Below, piece after piece: positions 1-12,908 of a DNA stretch of 64,000 bases (the stretch's first letter is position 1; the number at the start of each line of letters is the position of its first letter). Location of the stretch: contig NC_086108.1 in NCBI RefSeq assembly GCF_963921235.1, forward strand, positions 23,560,001-23,624,000. Reading direction: 5' to 3'. Source of the DNA: Mobula hypostoma (Eukaryota). The notes below the pieces were generated by a model. The model made no database searches. It worked only from the letters and a program-made list of their open reading frames with translations, and was not told the DNA's origin. The position numbers and the translations under genes were made by a program.

Positions 1-1484
1 AGTGCCTGTGACTCCCTCCAAAATATAGGAAGCCTATAGGCCAATTTTCCAAGAAAAGTGAGTGGGAGAACCTGGAGAAGTCACTTTTGGTGCTTTGTTC
101 ATATATCTATCCTCAGACATTTCTGATGGCAAAGGTGGAAAACAAAAAAACTCAATCCAAAAACCATCAACGCGCACATATAAGTAAGAAAGCTGCTTTG
201 CTCAAACTTTCAATAGAAACTGAAAATCTAGACCAGGTGGACCTGTGGTGATCCTCAGATTCTGATGGTAGTTCTTAGTAGGTAGATCTAAGTAGATGCA
301 GGTAGAACTTCATCTACATCACTGGGGTCACCACTGAAAGGCACCACACGGTTCACATCACCTCTCTCTTGCTGACTGGGACCCATTTTAAGTGGAAGAC
401 AGTCACACTGCATTGGTATAGACCTGGTGCATAGCACTCTCCAATGCACTCTTTTATGCTGCTGATTTTCTCTGTGATAAACTGGAACTCAATTCACTGC
501 TGAAAGATTTCTTTACTGATTGGATGGCTAATGAACATTGTACACGTCAAATATTTTAAGCATTTTTCTTTCAACGCTTGAGAAGCAGTCTTATGGTTTT
601 ATTCTGTGTATAAAATTATAAAAAAATAAAGTTATCCTCACAAATCAATGTTTTTTCCTACTTCTGATATATTATCCAAGCATCCAAGTGGTTTAAACAC
701 ATTAATTTTCCCCTTCCTGTGCCAATCTCTGTCATGAGAATTCTGTATCATGTAATTGAAATGTGGATTTAATCACCTCTGAGGAAATCATGACACTCTC
801 AGTAAGAGGTGAAGTTTATAGAAAGTTGAGACTGACCTATTGAAGCAAAATTCAAGATGCAGGAGGCAGCAACACGGAGTTACAAAAATAATACTGGCAG
901 CATATAAAAGGCCATCTTGTACCTGAAAGAGACTGATGGCCAGAGAGCTAGGGTAGCTGCAAAATTTGTGTGTGGATTTTTGACCAGAATTCATAACAAA
1001 CTTGTTTTGGGTATCTCCTAATACCCTGCTAGAAGCTTGCTAAAGAAGTATGAATCTCCTATTTTGCTTTCAGATAATGGAACAGCTGCCATCTTACTGG
1101 ACTAAAGAGGTCCAAGTTCAAATTCTACCATGGCAGCTGTGGAATTTAAAATCACTTAATAATTTGGAAATAAAGCAATTGCATAAACTGCTCGAAGGAA
1201 GGAAATATGCCCTTCCTTTCCAAATGAACCTTTGTTGACTCCAGATCCACCAATGATACTGACTGAAATGGCTAATCAGTTTAATAGCAATTATGGGATG
1301 TTTGCTTTACCAGCGATGCCCAGATAGAACTTTGAACGCCCCGAAACTAATCCCTCCTACCTACACAATATCCATATTCCCCTCCATCTTCCCTACAGCC
1401 ATGTGTCTATCTGAAAAACTCTTAAAAGCCTTCAAAGTATTTGTTTCTACCACTGTACCAAGCATGTGCCCTCTAAACCAGGCA

Positions 1485-4468
1485 CTACTACTACTACGTT
1501 GACTCAGGCCTAGGGGGCCAGCGTCGGGCACGATGACGGACTCTCCACTTCTCCCTCTCCCTCATCAGTGTGTTTAGTTCATCTACATTAGCCGCGCCAC
1601 TGTCTTCTAGGAGCATGTTGACCATAGTCTCGGGAGGGCGCCCAGGGTTCATCCTCCCATGCTTGGGCTCCCATATGATGACTAGGCTGAAAGGTAGCTC
1701 GGGGTGGTGTAGACAGTGCCCCGCTACTTGCAGTCTTCTCGCCTCGATTTTAGTGGTCAACATTGGTAGGTCGTTACAGAGCTTGACGTTCGACATGTGC
1801 TGTTGCCAACTCACGTCAAGAGCCAACTGGAGCATTTGTGTATAGCAACCATCTACAGACTTTCACATAGTCTTGGTGAGTGTCCAGGTCTCGCATCCAT
1901 AGGTGAGAATGAACTCTATGATTAGTTCCAAGGGTTTTGGGCGGGGCAGAGTTTGTTAAGTGTGTCCAGGACGGATTCCTGTCACAGTATGCTGACAGTC
2001 CGACTAGGGGGAATGCCATACTAGATCTAGTATTAGGTAACGAATCAGGTCAGGTCACAGATCTCTCAGCGGGTGAGCATCTGGGGGACAGTGACCACCG
2101 CTCCCTGGCTTTTAGCGTTATCATGGAAAAGGATAGAATCAGAGAGGACAGGAAAATTTTTAATTGGGGAAAGGCAAATTATGAGGCTATAAGGCTAGAA
2201 CTTGCGGGTGTGAATTGGGATGATGTTTTTGCAGGGAAATGTACTATGGACATGTGGTCGATGTTTAGGGACCTCCTGCAGGATGTTAGGGATAAATTTG
2301 TCCCAGTGAAGAAGATAAAGAATGGTAGGGTGAAGGAACCATGGGTGACAAGTGAGGTGGAAAATCTAGTCAGGTGCAAGAAGGCAGCATACATGAGGTT
2401 TAGGAAGCAAGGTTCAGATGGGTCTTTTGAGGAATATAGGGTAGCAAGTAAGGAGCTTAAGAAGGGGCTGAGAAGAGCAAGAAGGGGACATGAGAAGGCC
2501 TTGGTGAGTAGGGTAAAGGAAAACCCCAAGGCATTCTTCAATTATGTGAAGAACAAAAGGATGACAGGAGTGAAGGTAGGTCCGATTAGAGATAAAGGTG
2601 GGAAGATGTGCCTGGAGGCTGTGGAAGTGAGCGAGGTCCTCAATGAATACTTCTCTTCGGTATTCACCAATGAGAGGGAATTTGATGATGGTGAGGACAA
2701 TATGAGTGAGGTTTATGTTCTGGAGCATGTTGATATTAAGGGGGAGGAGGTGTTGGAGCTGTTAAAATACATTAGGACAGATAAATCTCCAGGGTCTGAC
2801 GGAATATTCCCCAGGCTACTCCACGAGGCGAGGGAAGAGATTGCTGAGCCTCTGGCTAGGATCTTTATGTCCTCATTGTCTACGGGAATGCTTGATTGGA
2901 GGGAGGTGAATATTGTCCCCTTGTTCAAAAAAGGTAGTAGGGATAGTCCGGGTAATTATAGACCAGTGAACCTTACGTCTGTGGTGGGAAAGCTGTTGGA
3001 GAAGATTCTTAGAGATAGGATCTATGGGCATTTAGAGAATCATGGTCTGATCAGGGACAGTCAGCATGGCTTTGTGAAGGGCATATCGTGTCTAACAAGC
3101 CTGGTAGAGTTCTTTGAGGAGGTGACCAGGCATATAGATGAGGGTAGTGCAGTGGATGTGATCTATATGGATTTTAGTAAGGCATTTGACAAGGTTCCAC
3201 ACAGTAGGCTTATTCAGAAAGTCAGAAGGCATGGGATCCAGGGAATTTTGGCTGGGTGGATTCAGAATTGGCTTGCCTGCAGAAGGCAGAGGGCGGTGGT
3301 GGAGGAGGGAGTACATTCAGATTGGAGGGTTGTGACTAGTGATGTCTCACAAGGATTGGTTCTGGGACCTCTACTTTTCATGATTTTTATAATGACCTGG
3401 ATGTGGGGGCAGAAGGGTGGGTTGGCAAGTTTGCAGTTTACACAAACGTTGGTGGTGTTGTAGATAGTGCAATGGATTGTCGAAGATTGCAGAGAGACAT
3501 TGATAGGATGCAGAAGTGGGCTGAGAAGTGGCAGATGGAGTTCAACCCGGAGAAGTGTGAGGTGGTACACTTTGGAAGGACAAACTCCAAGGCAGAGTAC
3601 AAAGTAAATGGCAGGATACTTGGTAGTGTGGAGGAGCAGAGGGATCTGGGGGTACATGTCCACAGATCCCTGAAAGTTGCCTCACAGGTAGATAGGGTAG
3701 TTAAGAAAGCTCATGTGGTGTTAGCTTTCATAAGTCCAGGGACAGAGTTTAAGAGTTGCGAGGTAATGATGCAGCTCTATAAAACTCTGGTTAGGCCACA
3801 CTTGGAGTACTGTGTCCAGTTCTGGTTGCCTCACTTCCTATAGTATTGGAAAGGGTACAGAGGAGATTTACCAGGATGCTGCCTGGTTTAGAGAGTATGG
3901 ATTATGATGAGAGATTAAGGGAGCTAGGGCTTTACTCTTTGGAGAGAAGGAGGATAAGAGGAGACATGATAGAGGTATACAAGATAGTAAGAGGAATAGA
4001 GTGGATAGCGAGCGCCTCTTCCCCAGGGCACCACTGCTCAATACAAGAGGACACGGCTTTAAGGTAAGGGGTGGGATGTTCAAAGGGAATACTAGAGGAA
4101 GGTTTTTTACTCAGAGAGTGGTTGGTGCGTGGAATGCACTGCCTGAGTCAGTGGTGGAGGCAGATACACTAGTGAAATTTAAGAGACTACTAGACAGGTA
4201 TATGGAGGAATTTAAGGTGGGGGGTTATATGGGAGGCAGGGTTTGAAGGTCGGCACAACATTGTGGGCTGAAGGGCCTGTACTGTGCTGTCCTATTCTAT
4301 GTTCTATGACTGCTATGAAAATCCTCTTTTTAAGCCCTCTGGTCAGGTTCGACTTCCAGATTTCCTTCATGTTTTTCATAGCCCTCCACGCCAGTGCCTT
4401 CCGTATCATTATGTCCTTCTCCGAACTCATCATTCTTGACCCAAGGTACTTGTAGTCAAAGACTTCCT
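1485..4468 (-). mobile_element. 5'-truncated RTE-clade (RTE/RTEX-like) LINE, split by a CR1
   Basis: 11-bp TSD taaaccaggca (1474-1484 / 4469-4479) and a (GTA)n 3' tail. The peptide KYLGS...SEKDIMIRKALAWRAMKNMKEIWKS...IE continues across the CR1 into FILTYGCETWTLTK...RRLQVAGHCLHH...GRP. Confidence 0.85.
1922..4302 (+). mobile_element. Young 5'-truncated CR1 LINE (frameshifted ORF2 RT)
   Basis: ORFs 1937-3463, 3403-3843 and 3846-4246 carry CR1 RT motifs (DKSPG.DG, PGNYRPV.LTSVVGKLLE, MDFSKAFDKVPH). CR1 3' UTR with ttctatg tail. TSD tctatga at 1915-1921 / 4303-4309. Confidence 0.92.
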
Positions 4469-6934
4469 TAAACCAGGCAGCTTCCTGGTAATCCTCTTTT
4501 GCACCCTCTCGAAAGCCTCAACATCCTTCCTACAGTGGGGTGAGCAGAACTATATGCAATAATCTAGATGTGACCTAAACATAGTTTTATAAAGTAGCAA
4601 TATGACCTCTTGACTTCTCAACTCAATGCCTCAACTAATAAAAGCTGGCATTCTATAAGCCTTCTAAACCACTCTATTGACCTGTGTAGCCACTTTCATG
4701 GAGCTATGAAATTGAACCCCAGGATCTTTCTGCACAGCAACACTCTTAAGGGTTTTCCTTTTAACAATGTACTGTATCCTTGCATTTGCCCTACTAAGGT
4801 ACAACACCTCACATTTATCTGGGTTAAACTTCATCTGCCATTTCTTAGCCCATGTCTGCAACTGATCTATATCAAGCTGTATTCTTTGTCAGTCTTCTAC
4901 ACTATCCGCAACTCCACCAATGTTGGTATCGTCTGCAAATTTACTAACCCATCCATCTACATTTTCATCCAGGTTATTTATATACATTATGAACAGCATA
5001 GGTCCCAGCACACATCCCTGTGGAACTCCACTAATTACATACCTCCAGCTCGTTTGTCTCTTCAACCACCTACTCTCTGTCTTCTATGTGCAAACCAGTT
5101 CTGAATCCAAACAGTCGATTTGCCATGGACCCCATGCATCTTAATTTTCTGGATGAGCCTCCCAGGAAGGACTTTGTCATACACCTTACTAAAATCCATG
5201 TAGGCAACATCCACTGCCCTTACCTCATCAATCTCACTCATCACCTTGTCCAAAAACTCAGTCAAGTTGGTAAAACACAGTCTGCCCAACACAAAGCCAG
5301 GCTGACTCTCCCTAATTAGGCCATGGGTTTCCAAATGCTCATGTATCCTATCCCTAAGAATTTTCTCATCAATTTCATTATAACTGGCCCGAGTCTCACC
5401 AATCAAAAGCTCCCAGGATTTTCCCTTGTTCCCTTCTTATAACATTAACCCCTCACCAGTCCTCTGTGACCTCTCCCTGTGCCTGCAGAGGACACAAAAA
5501 TACAGGTCAAGGCTCCAACAATCTCGTCTCTTGCCTCCTTCAATAAGCTGGAGTAAATCCCATCAGGCCCTGTGAACATACACCTTAATACTCATTAGGA
5601 GGCCCAACACTTCCTCCTCCTTGACTTCTAAACATCCTAACACACAGCACTGATCTCCTGGTCTTCCATATCCTTTTTCTTGGTAAATACTTAGTAAGTA
5701 CTTCAGTCACATTCTCCGCATCCAAGCAAATGCTCCCCTCTTTAACCTTGAGTGGTCCTACCCTCTTCCTAATTATCCTCTTGTTCTTGATGTATGTATC
5801 AAATGCCTTGGGATTCACCATAATCCTACTTGCCAGGGACTTTTCATGGCCCCTCCTGTCTTTCCTGTTCCCCTGCTTTAGTTCCTTTCTGGCTTATTCA
5901 TAGTTCTCATGTGCTCCATTTGATCCTAAGTTCCAAAGCTTTACATACTTCTCCTTCTTCTACCTGACTAAATCACCATTCTGAACATCCAAGGTTCTCT
6001 TATCTTCCCCTCCCCGTCCTTCCTTCTAACAGGAACATACCTTTCCTGTACTCTTTGCAATTGATCTTTAAACACCTTTCATATGTCTGATATGGACTTG
6101 CCAGAAAAAGGGTGTTTCCAATTAACTCTTTTTAGTTCCCGTACAGTACCCTTGTAACTTGTCCTACTCTAATTTAAGACTCACCTGCAAGGATCATACC
6201 TATCCTTATCTATGACTATCATGAAAGTTAAGGAGTTGTGGTCACTGTTCCCTAACTGCTCACTTGGTCAAACTCATTGCCCAACACCCATGACACTACG
6301 GCTCCTCTCATCCACATATTGATTTAATGAACCCTCCTGGATACACTTAACAAATTCTGCCCCATCTAAGACCCTTGCACTAAGAAGGTCCCAATTTATA
6401 CACATTTCCTTAATCTGTTCACCAACCTGTTCCTCAAAGTCTCAGTGGCTCTTTGGGGGTCTGTAGTACAATCCCATCAGTGTGACGGCATCTTTTCTAT
6501 TCCTGAGCTCTACCCAAATGGTTTCAGTTTTTGACCTGTCCATTTTTGTCTCCTTTGAGTGCAGCTGTGAAATTGTCTGTGGTCAGTAGTGCAACTCCCC
6601 ACACCCTTTTACCTCCTTCTCTATCTTTTCTAAAACTTTGAAAACCTGCTACATTGATCATCCATTCCCGCCCCTCTTTGAACCAAGTTTCTGTAATGAC
6701 CACACCATCCTAGTTCTATGTACTCAGCTTCTAAGTTCATTGCCTTTACTCTCACATGTACTGTCTTCAAAAGTCTCATCTATAATTCATTAACCTTGAT
6801 CAAATGAATACAAAAAAAAACAAGATTTTCCCTAGAGAGTGAAGGGTATACATTCCCCCAGCACCATTCATATTCTCAGATTGCCTGAAAGGACTTCCCA
6901 AACGAAGAAACATTTCAATTGAAGTCACTGTAGG

Positions 6935-7142
6935 AACCTGGTCCTGGTCATCCACTGCGCCTAGTCCCCTCTCCAACCGTCTCGACTCTGTCTTGCCACT
7001 GGATCCAGATGGGAATTGGGAAGAGAGAGTGAGGCTGACGCTGCGCAACTCTCCCTCACTTAAATCCAAATCATGCGCTTGTCTCGACACCATCATACTG
7101 GTGTCGAGGTCCTCATCGACGCCGACGATGGACGAACCACCG
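6935..7142 (+). mobile_element. RTE-derived non-autonomous element (SINE-like)
   Basis: Contains ccactggatccagatgg...gtgaggctgacg...tccctcacttaaatccaa, a 10-bp stem-loop (ctcgacacca/tggtgtcgag, 7083-7108) and a ...gacgatggacgaaccac end. Resembles RTE UTR-derived sequences as I recall them. Confidence 0.55.
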
Positions 7143-8065
7143 TAGGAAACATGACAAACATTTGCACACAACATGTAATACATTAGTAACCAGTGATGCT
7201 TCCTGAGGGACGAAAGCTTGTCGGGAAGAGTTTCCTGCTCAGGAGAGAATAACTACATCATCAATGCAGATTCCACAACCTTTCTAATAAACTTAGATGT
7301 TTCTGAAGTCGGGTCAGGATATTGGCAGAGGGCTCTTTTGTAGCTGTTGACTTGAAAAATCTTAAACACCCTAAAATTATAAGACTCATAGAGAAGCCAT
7401 TCAGCCTTTTATGTCTGTATCAACCTTTTGCAAATTATTTCCATGCACCTACTCAACAAGGTCAAGAAAGTCTTGTGAGTGAAGTGGAGTAGCTTCTGAT
7501 TGAAGTATAGTGGTAGTCATGAGTGGCAAACGTTTTGCATGAGAAGTCATACTTGTTTGACCGGAAAGATGTAAAGATCTGATTCCTTATAAAATAAAGG
7601 CAAAACCATTGAAATTCATTCCCTTTCAATTGTGTGCCCAGCTCCCAGGCACACAGTTCTGACCCAGCAGCAAACTGGAATTATAAACAGCACCCTGAAC
7701 AGCGAAAGTAGCACTCTGACATGTTGTGTGGGTTGTGTCCATTTTACTGATGTAGAATCTAAGAGCAGAACCCTTGTGCACCAAAATCGTCTCTTTCACT
7801 GAAAACACAATCTGTTATTCTGCAACTTTGGTCCGACCCAAAATATTGTCTGAACCATTTGTGGAAAAGTGTCCTTCAGACAGGGACTCACTCATGCACA
7901 CTCCACTCTTTCACACACATATATTGCATCTCTCATATTTATTGATGCTCACACACTCCGATCTTCTCTCTGCAATGTACTGATTCACACTCAATGGCTC
8001 TCCCTCACACCCATCAATTCTCTCACACATCTGTGTCATTCTTTCTCATATTCCAGTGCACAGTA

Positions 8066-8345
8066 GATCATAAGATATAGGAGCAGAATTAGACCATTCA
8101 GCCCATGGAGTCCGCTCCGCCATTCCATCATGGCTGAATCCAGATCCCACTCAACCTCACACACCTGCCCTCTCACCATATTCCCTGATGGTCTGACCAA
8201 TCAGGAATCTATCAACTTCCACTTTAAATATACCCACGGACTTGGCCTCCTCCGCAGTCTGTGGCGGAGCATTCCACAGATTCACCACTCTTTGGCTAAA
8301 CCTCTCTTTCGCCTGCATTTGAACACTCTCACAACTGAGTTGCAA
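8066..8345 (-). mobile_element. CR1 3' fragment
   Basis: Peptide FSQRVVNLWNAPPQTAEEAKSVGIFKVEVDRFL plus a CR1 3' UTR (reverse of gcagaattagaccattcagccc). Confidence 0.8.
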
Positions 8346-8349
8346 TGTT

Positions 8350-8757
8350 GAGCTAGGGAGCTAGGGCTTTACTCTTTGGAGAGAAGGAGGATGAGAGGAG
8401 ACATGATAGAGGTGTACAAGATAATAAGAGGAATAGATAGAGTGGATAGCCAGTGTCTCTTCCCCAGGGCACCACTGCTCAATGCAAGAGGACATGGATT
8501 TAAGGTAAGGGGTGGGAAGTTCAAGGGGGATATTAGAGGAAGGTTTTTTACTCAGAGAGTGTTGGTGCGTGGAATGCACTGCGTGAGTCAGTGATGGAAG
8601 CAGATACACTAGTGAAATTTAAGAGACTACTGGACAGGTATATGGAGGAATCTAAGGTGTGGGCTTATATGGGAGGCAGGGTTTGAGGGTCGGCACAACG
8701 TTATGGGCCGAAGGGCCTGTGCTGTGCTGTACTATTCTATATCTATATCTATGTTCT
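8350..8757 (+). mobile_element. CR1 3' fragment, same subfamily as 1922-4302
   Basis: Peptide ERRRMRGDMIEVYKIIRGIDRVDSQCLFP. Near-identical to 3920-4305, with a tctat tail. Confidence 0.9.
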
Positions 8758-8999
8758 GAAAGCTTGAAGGGTTTGGCCTTACTCACCTGAAAAATGAACG
8801 GTCTGCCTTGGGAAAATTCAGGAGCGTGGAATGAGTAGCTCTAATTTTCAAATCAAAATGAAACTCTGCTCTGCCCCTTGCAATTCCTACTCCACATTCA
8901 CATCAGGCACATTCCAATGGTTTGACACACGTGTAGCATGTTATATTATGATTGACAGCAAGGAAGAAGTTAGAGACTGGCCAATCTTGGAATCAATAC

Positions 9000-11900
9000 T
9001 TTATGTTGTAACAGCCAATGGATTCAAGGAGACAATGATCACTAGGTGTGCACAATACTAGATCACAAACTCTCATTTTACATCAGCACATATACCACTG
9101 CTGTTTTATCAAAACTCAGAGCATATATGTCTAACTACCACTTTAAGACCACTGTGTGTTGAGTGTAAATCTCAACACGTTCGCTCACAAGTTAAATGTT
9201 CAGAACAGACGTTGCATGTTTGAGAAAGAGGCAGGTCAACTGATCAATGAAAGCTTTCACTCTGCCCACTCTGCAGTGCAGTGCAAACAAAATACCGGCG
9301 AGACCGCCGTCTGGCGTCCCCCTGCTTGCTTCAGGTATACCTGTGTACAGTTCACACTGGATCCCTGTAATCCACATTCCTGCCAGTCCTCATTAATTGA
9401 ATGAAAATTTCAGTGCAAATTGATTTTGCCGCAGTGAAAATATTCCCTTATAAATAAAGGAAATCTTAGTCTTTTCAAGAGACTCAGAGTGAAATATATT
9501 GAAGCCATTTGCTGTATATGCTGTATAGTATCTTGATTTGCTATCTTTTCTACAAAGTGAAATGTAAATGCAGTCTTTGTTCTGGAATCTGTAAGTGGAT
9601 ATATGCAGTGGCAGAAGGTGATACTGCCAACTCATGGCTGCAAATAGTCCATGCCCACCCTTTATGTAGTACAGTTCACTCCATACACTATCTCACTGCT
9701 CAGTACAGTAAATGGTGGCCTCAGGTATCCCTCTGTTATTCCTGAGCAGTGAACCATTTCCAAGACAGTTTAAAGATTAGAATCAGATATACTATTGATC
9801 ATGTCACTCATAAATAGCAATACCTACTTTGATAACACAATGACATCAATAGACCACTTGCCTTTGCACACTTTGCTCTTCATGTGGGTGATGCAACATC
9901 TGTCATGTTGCTTACTGGAGGAGGAGAAGAGTATTGTCTAGAGCAGGGGTTCCAACCTTTTTTATGCCATGGACCAATACCGTTAAGCAAGGAGTCTATG
10001 GACCCCAGGTTGGGAACCCTTGGTCTCGAACGGCACCTACTCTATGCAGGAGCCTGTAGATTCCTGTCTACTCTACAAGACAACAACTTTTGGCTGGAAA
10101 AATACAGGATACTAGAAAGTGATGCACGGACAAAGAAGACTAGTGTAGACTCCATCTCCCTGGGAATGCTCTCCTCTGTATGTCTGCAAACACTAATGCT
10201 AGTGAAAGATGCTGGCCAATGTTTCTTTCTTAGTGTCACTTGTATATAGGGTAGGGTTGATTCAAGAACCTTTTATCTGAAAACTCAAACTACTAAAGTA
10301 CATGCAGGCCACATTTAGGCTGTGCTACTCTGGAAATCAAGAAAGGTCTACATTCTTCCTCTGAACTCACGTACTATCTGCTCATGCACTCTTTCTTGAT
10401 TGGGTGAAAGATCTGATCCCTAAATTACTATATGATTTGAGGAATGTGAGTCTTAGGAAAGAATAATCAAATAGTGGATCAAAACCAAGCTGGAAATATG
10501 GGTATCAATGGAGCTGCAAGAAATGTCTAGACTGACTAGTTAATCTCTACAAGGGGGCTGCAAACAGGCACATTATGGAACTATATCATAATCAATAGCC
10601 TTTCCTCACTTGACGAAACACTATGTTCAGCAATATTACAGTAATATTTCTCCAGTAATTAAAGTAATCATGCTGCAACAAAATTTATTGTGTGTGCAGA
10701 GTCAGAATCTGGGTGTCAGTGTTGTTTTAGCCAAAATATTTGACAGCAGATGACGAATCGCAGGCCTTGCTGTGAGTGAAGTTGTAATGCAGGTACCTGT
10801 GTGTTCCACATGAAATAGGGGCAGAGAGAGAAAAAGTGCAATTGAGTCCGCTTTCCCTAAGTGGAGTGTGTTCTGCTGTCTCCTGCCCCCTTAAATACTC
10901 AGTCATGAGACTAACACCTGGTGCAGAGCAAGTGGTCTTTTAGCAGGAACCAGGTTATTCACTTCTTGTTTGTTCTTTGATGGCTGGTAAAGTGTGAGCA
11001 GTTATGCTGTTTTAACAAAGAGCAGTGTGAAATGTAACTACACCACATTTTGAGCAAGTATATCTTTGCCACAGTAATCTTAAAAGTTGATCTTTTTCAA
11101 TATATATAATATATATAAAAAGGCTATACTTAATAAATATTAAAACACAATGGTTGACCATGCACCTGACTATCTGTGAGTGGATTTAAATCAGAAAGCT
11201 CTAACGTTGGCGGGGAATTCACTAATTCCATCTAACCTAATCTAATCAGCATGCTTGAAGAATGGTTTCATTGTGAATAAATAGCCAGGATGTGTTTGCA
11301 ATTATGTTAGGGTGAATGTGAAACACCATCTGACAGCTGGCAGCAGATTCAAAGTGTCAAACAAATATTGTAGACTGAAAAACTGAACAAGGGACTGGGA
11401 ACGGTGAAGGTGTGTGTCAGTACATGCTGCGGTTACGCAAAGATTGTCACTGCTGAACTAAAGTCTGGAAATGTTGCAAAACATAATTGGGACACTAGAA
11501 CATCACTAAATCTCACCATTCACTTTGCAGTCTCAAGGTTATGGGGACATCAATTCTAAACCCCTGTTAATTTTTATTAAAGGGGTTGTTATGAAGCATA
11601 ATCTTCTCGCTGATGGAGGGTGCCAGACGCCTTTGCTAAAATATCTCCATAGATCAGGCACTGTGCATCATTCTAATCTCCTTTACAATAAATTAGGCAC
11701 TTGGTAATTTGCCTCTTTGCATTAACCCTTTGTCATGCATTGACCACCTTCTGTAGGGAACCTCGTTCCTATTTTGACATTAGTGCTGTTAGCTATCCAG
11801 TTCAAAACACAAGGAGGCATCAAATTAACACGAGTGCACTTCCAAAACCCAACCTAAATCCACTGCCTGTGTGGTTTCAGACATGGCATTGACTGGCAGC

Positions 11901-12295
11901 CTAATGAACCAAATGCTGTTGAATGAAACTGCCTAATACATAACAGTGATAAAGCAATTGCAATACATTAGGAGCGATAAAATTAAGGAAGGGTCAGCAA
12001 TGGGAGAAGACTTGATGCAAGCACCATCATCACTGTCCAGTCTTCCCCATGATTCTTCCAGCTTCCAGTGAAGCTAAAATCAAATAACCCACATATTTGG
12101 CTGACACTATTCAAAACTGATTCAACGTTTTATCGCCAGACCAGGGTAAGCCTGAGTTTTAACAACCTCCACAAACAACTGCGAGCAGTCAAGCAATATT
12201 CTACCCAGAAGGCCATGTGGACTGCCCATAAAACAGCTGACTAAGGGGGGGGGAACGGGAAATGGGTGAAGATGGACACAAAGTACATTCCTCTG
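9000..12295 (-). other. ASTN1: Probable ASTN1 3' UTR (end uncertain)
   Basis: Repeat-poor unique sequence directly downstream of the stop codon. Minus-strand AATAAA at 11578-11573 and 10689-10684. The true poly(A) site cannot be determined from sequence. Confidence 0.45.
9944..10022. mobile_element. 79-bp hAT (Charlie-like) MITE
   Basis: TIRs caggggttcc(c)aacc...ggttgggaaccc(t)tg. Flanks gtctagag / gtctcgaa form a degenerate 8-bp NTCTAGAN-type TSD. Confidence 0.75.
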
Positions 12296-12533
12296 TCAGA
12301 AGTCTTTATGTTCTCCATAGTCATTGTACAGCACAGTCAGGAACTGTTCCTCACAGATCTTTTTGACCTCTGTGTTCAGCTCTTGCCAATTTATTCCTGA
12401 GGGCCGCATCTCACTGTATCGGCAGGACAGGTACTTCAAGGAGACTCGGCGAAGGGTGATTTTGGGCTCCCGAAGGAGGCTTCTGCACCAGCTGCTCAAC
12501 TCCTCCAACTTGGACAGGATCAGGCCAGCTTTC
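12296..12533 (-). CDS. ASTN1: Astrotactin-1, terminal coding exon
   Basis: The minus strand reads cctgcag|G AAA GCT GGC..., giving (R)[78 protein letters not shown]. This matches the recalled ASTN1 C-terminus (KAGLILSQLGDLSSWC...LKYLGCRYSEIKP...CEEQTLSIPYNDYGDSKEI). AG acceptor at 12535-12534, TGA at 12298-12296. Confidence 0.95.
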
Positions 12534-12535
12534 CT

Positions 12536-12908
12536 GCAGGTGATGAATAGGTGATGAGAGATGGAGATGAAAATCAGAGAGACAAAGGCAAGGGGGAGAG
12601 ATGACGGTAGAGGAATGAAAGAGATAAAAGCAAATGCAAAGATGCGTCATTGAGGGAGGGAGAGAGAGAAAGAGTCAGTAAGAAGGAGAACAAGAAGGCA
12701 GGTAGAGGAATGGTAAATAAAATGGAAATGGAATAAGGACAAGGAGAAAGATTCAAAGGAAGGAAGAAAGAAAGTAAAAAGGTAAATGAGGGGAAAACAA
12801 TAAACAGGAAAGGGGATCGAATGCAATAAAGGAACAATAAAGAGGAAGGGAGAGATGGAGTTGAAAATATGAAGGGAGAAGAAGAACAACAATTAGGTTA
12901 AAGTTGTG
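12536..12908 (-). promoter_or_regulatory. Extended polypyrimidine tract / AG-exclusion zone upstream of the ASTN1 terminal exon
   Basis: GA-rich on +, with no CT (minus-strand AG) between 12536 and 12908. Branch-point-like TACTGAC at 12680-12674 and TTTAAC/CCTAAT at 12902-12892. Confidence 0.6.

Larger units (their letters stand above)
1330..6740 (-). mobile_element. Old degraded CR1 LINE, interrupted at 1485-4468 by an RTE element
   Basis: Minus-strand RT remnants (WAKKWQMKFNPDKCEVL 4664-4861; VAYMDFSKVYDKV 5062-5406; NPKAFDTYIKNKR 5585-5821). CR1 3'-end remnant near 1330-1470. Confidence 0.8.

Noticed and set aside
1..1260. Possible PAPPA2 3' end (convergent neighbour of ASTN1 in other vertebrates)
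   Set aside because: No PAPPA2 coding motif seen. The AATAAA near 625 alone is not enough.
6800..7183. 127-aa minus ORF as a host exon
   Set aside because: It lies over an RTE-derived repeat, has no recognisable protein similarity and is downstream of the ASTN1 stop.
7885..8050. CA/CT-rich stretch with small His/Leu-rich ORFs
   Set aside because: Decayed microsatellite / low-complexity sequence.
12411..12892. F/L/S-rich minus ORFs resembling membrane proteins
   Set aside because: Translation of the intronic pyrimidine tract. The real exon starts at the 12533 acceptor.
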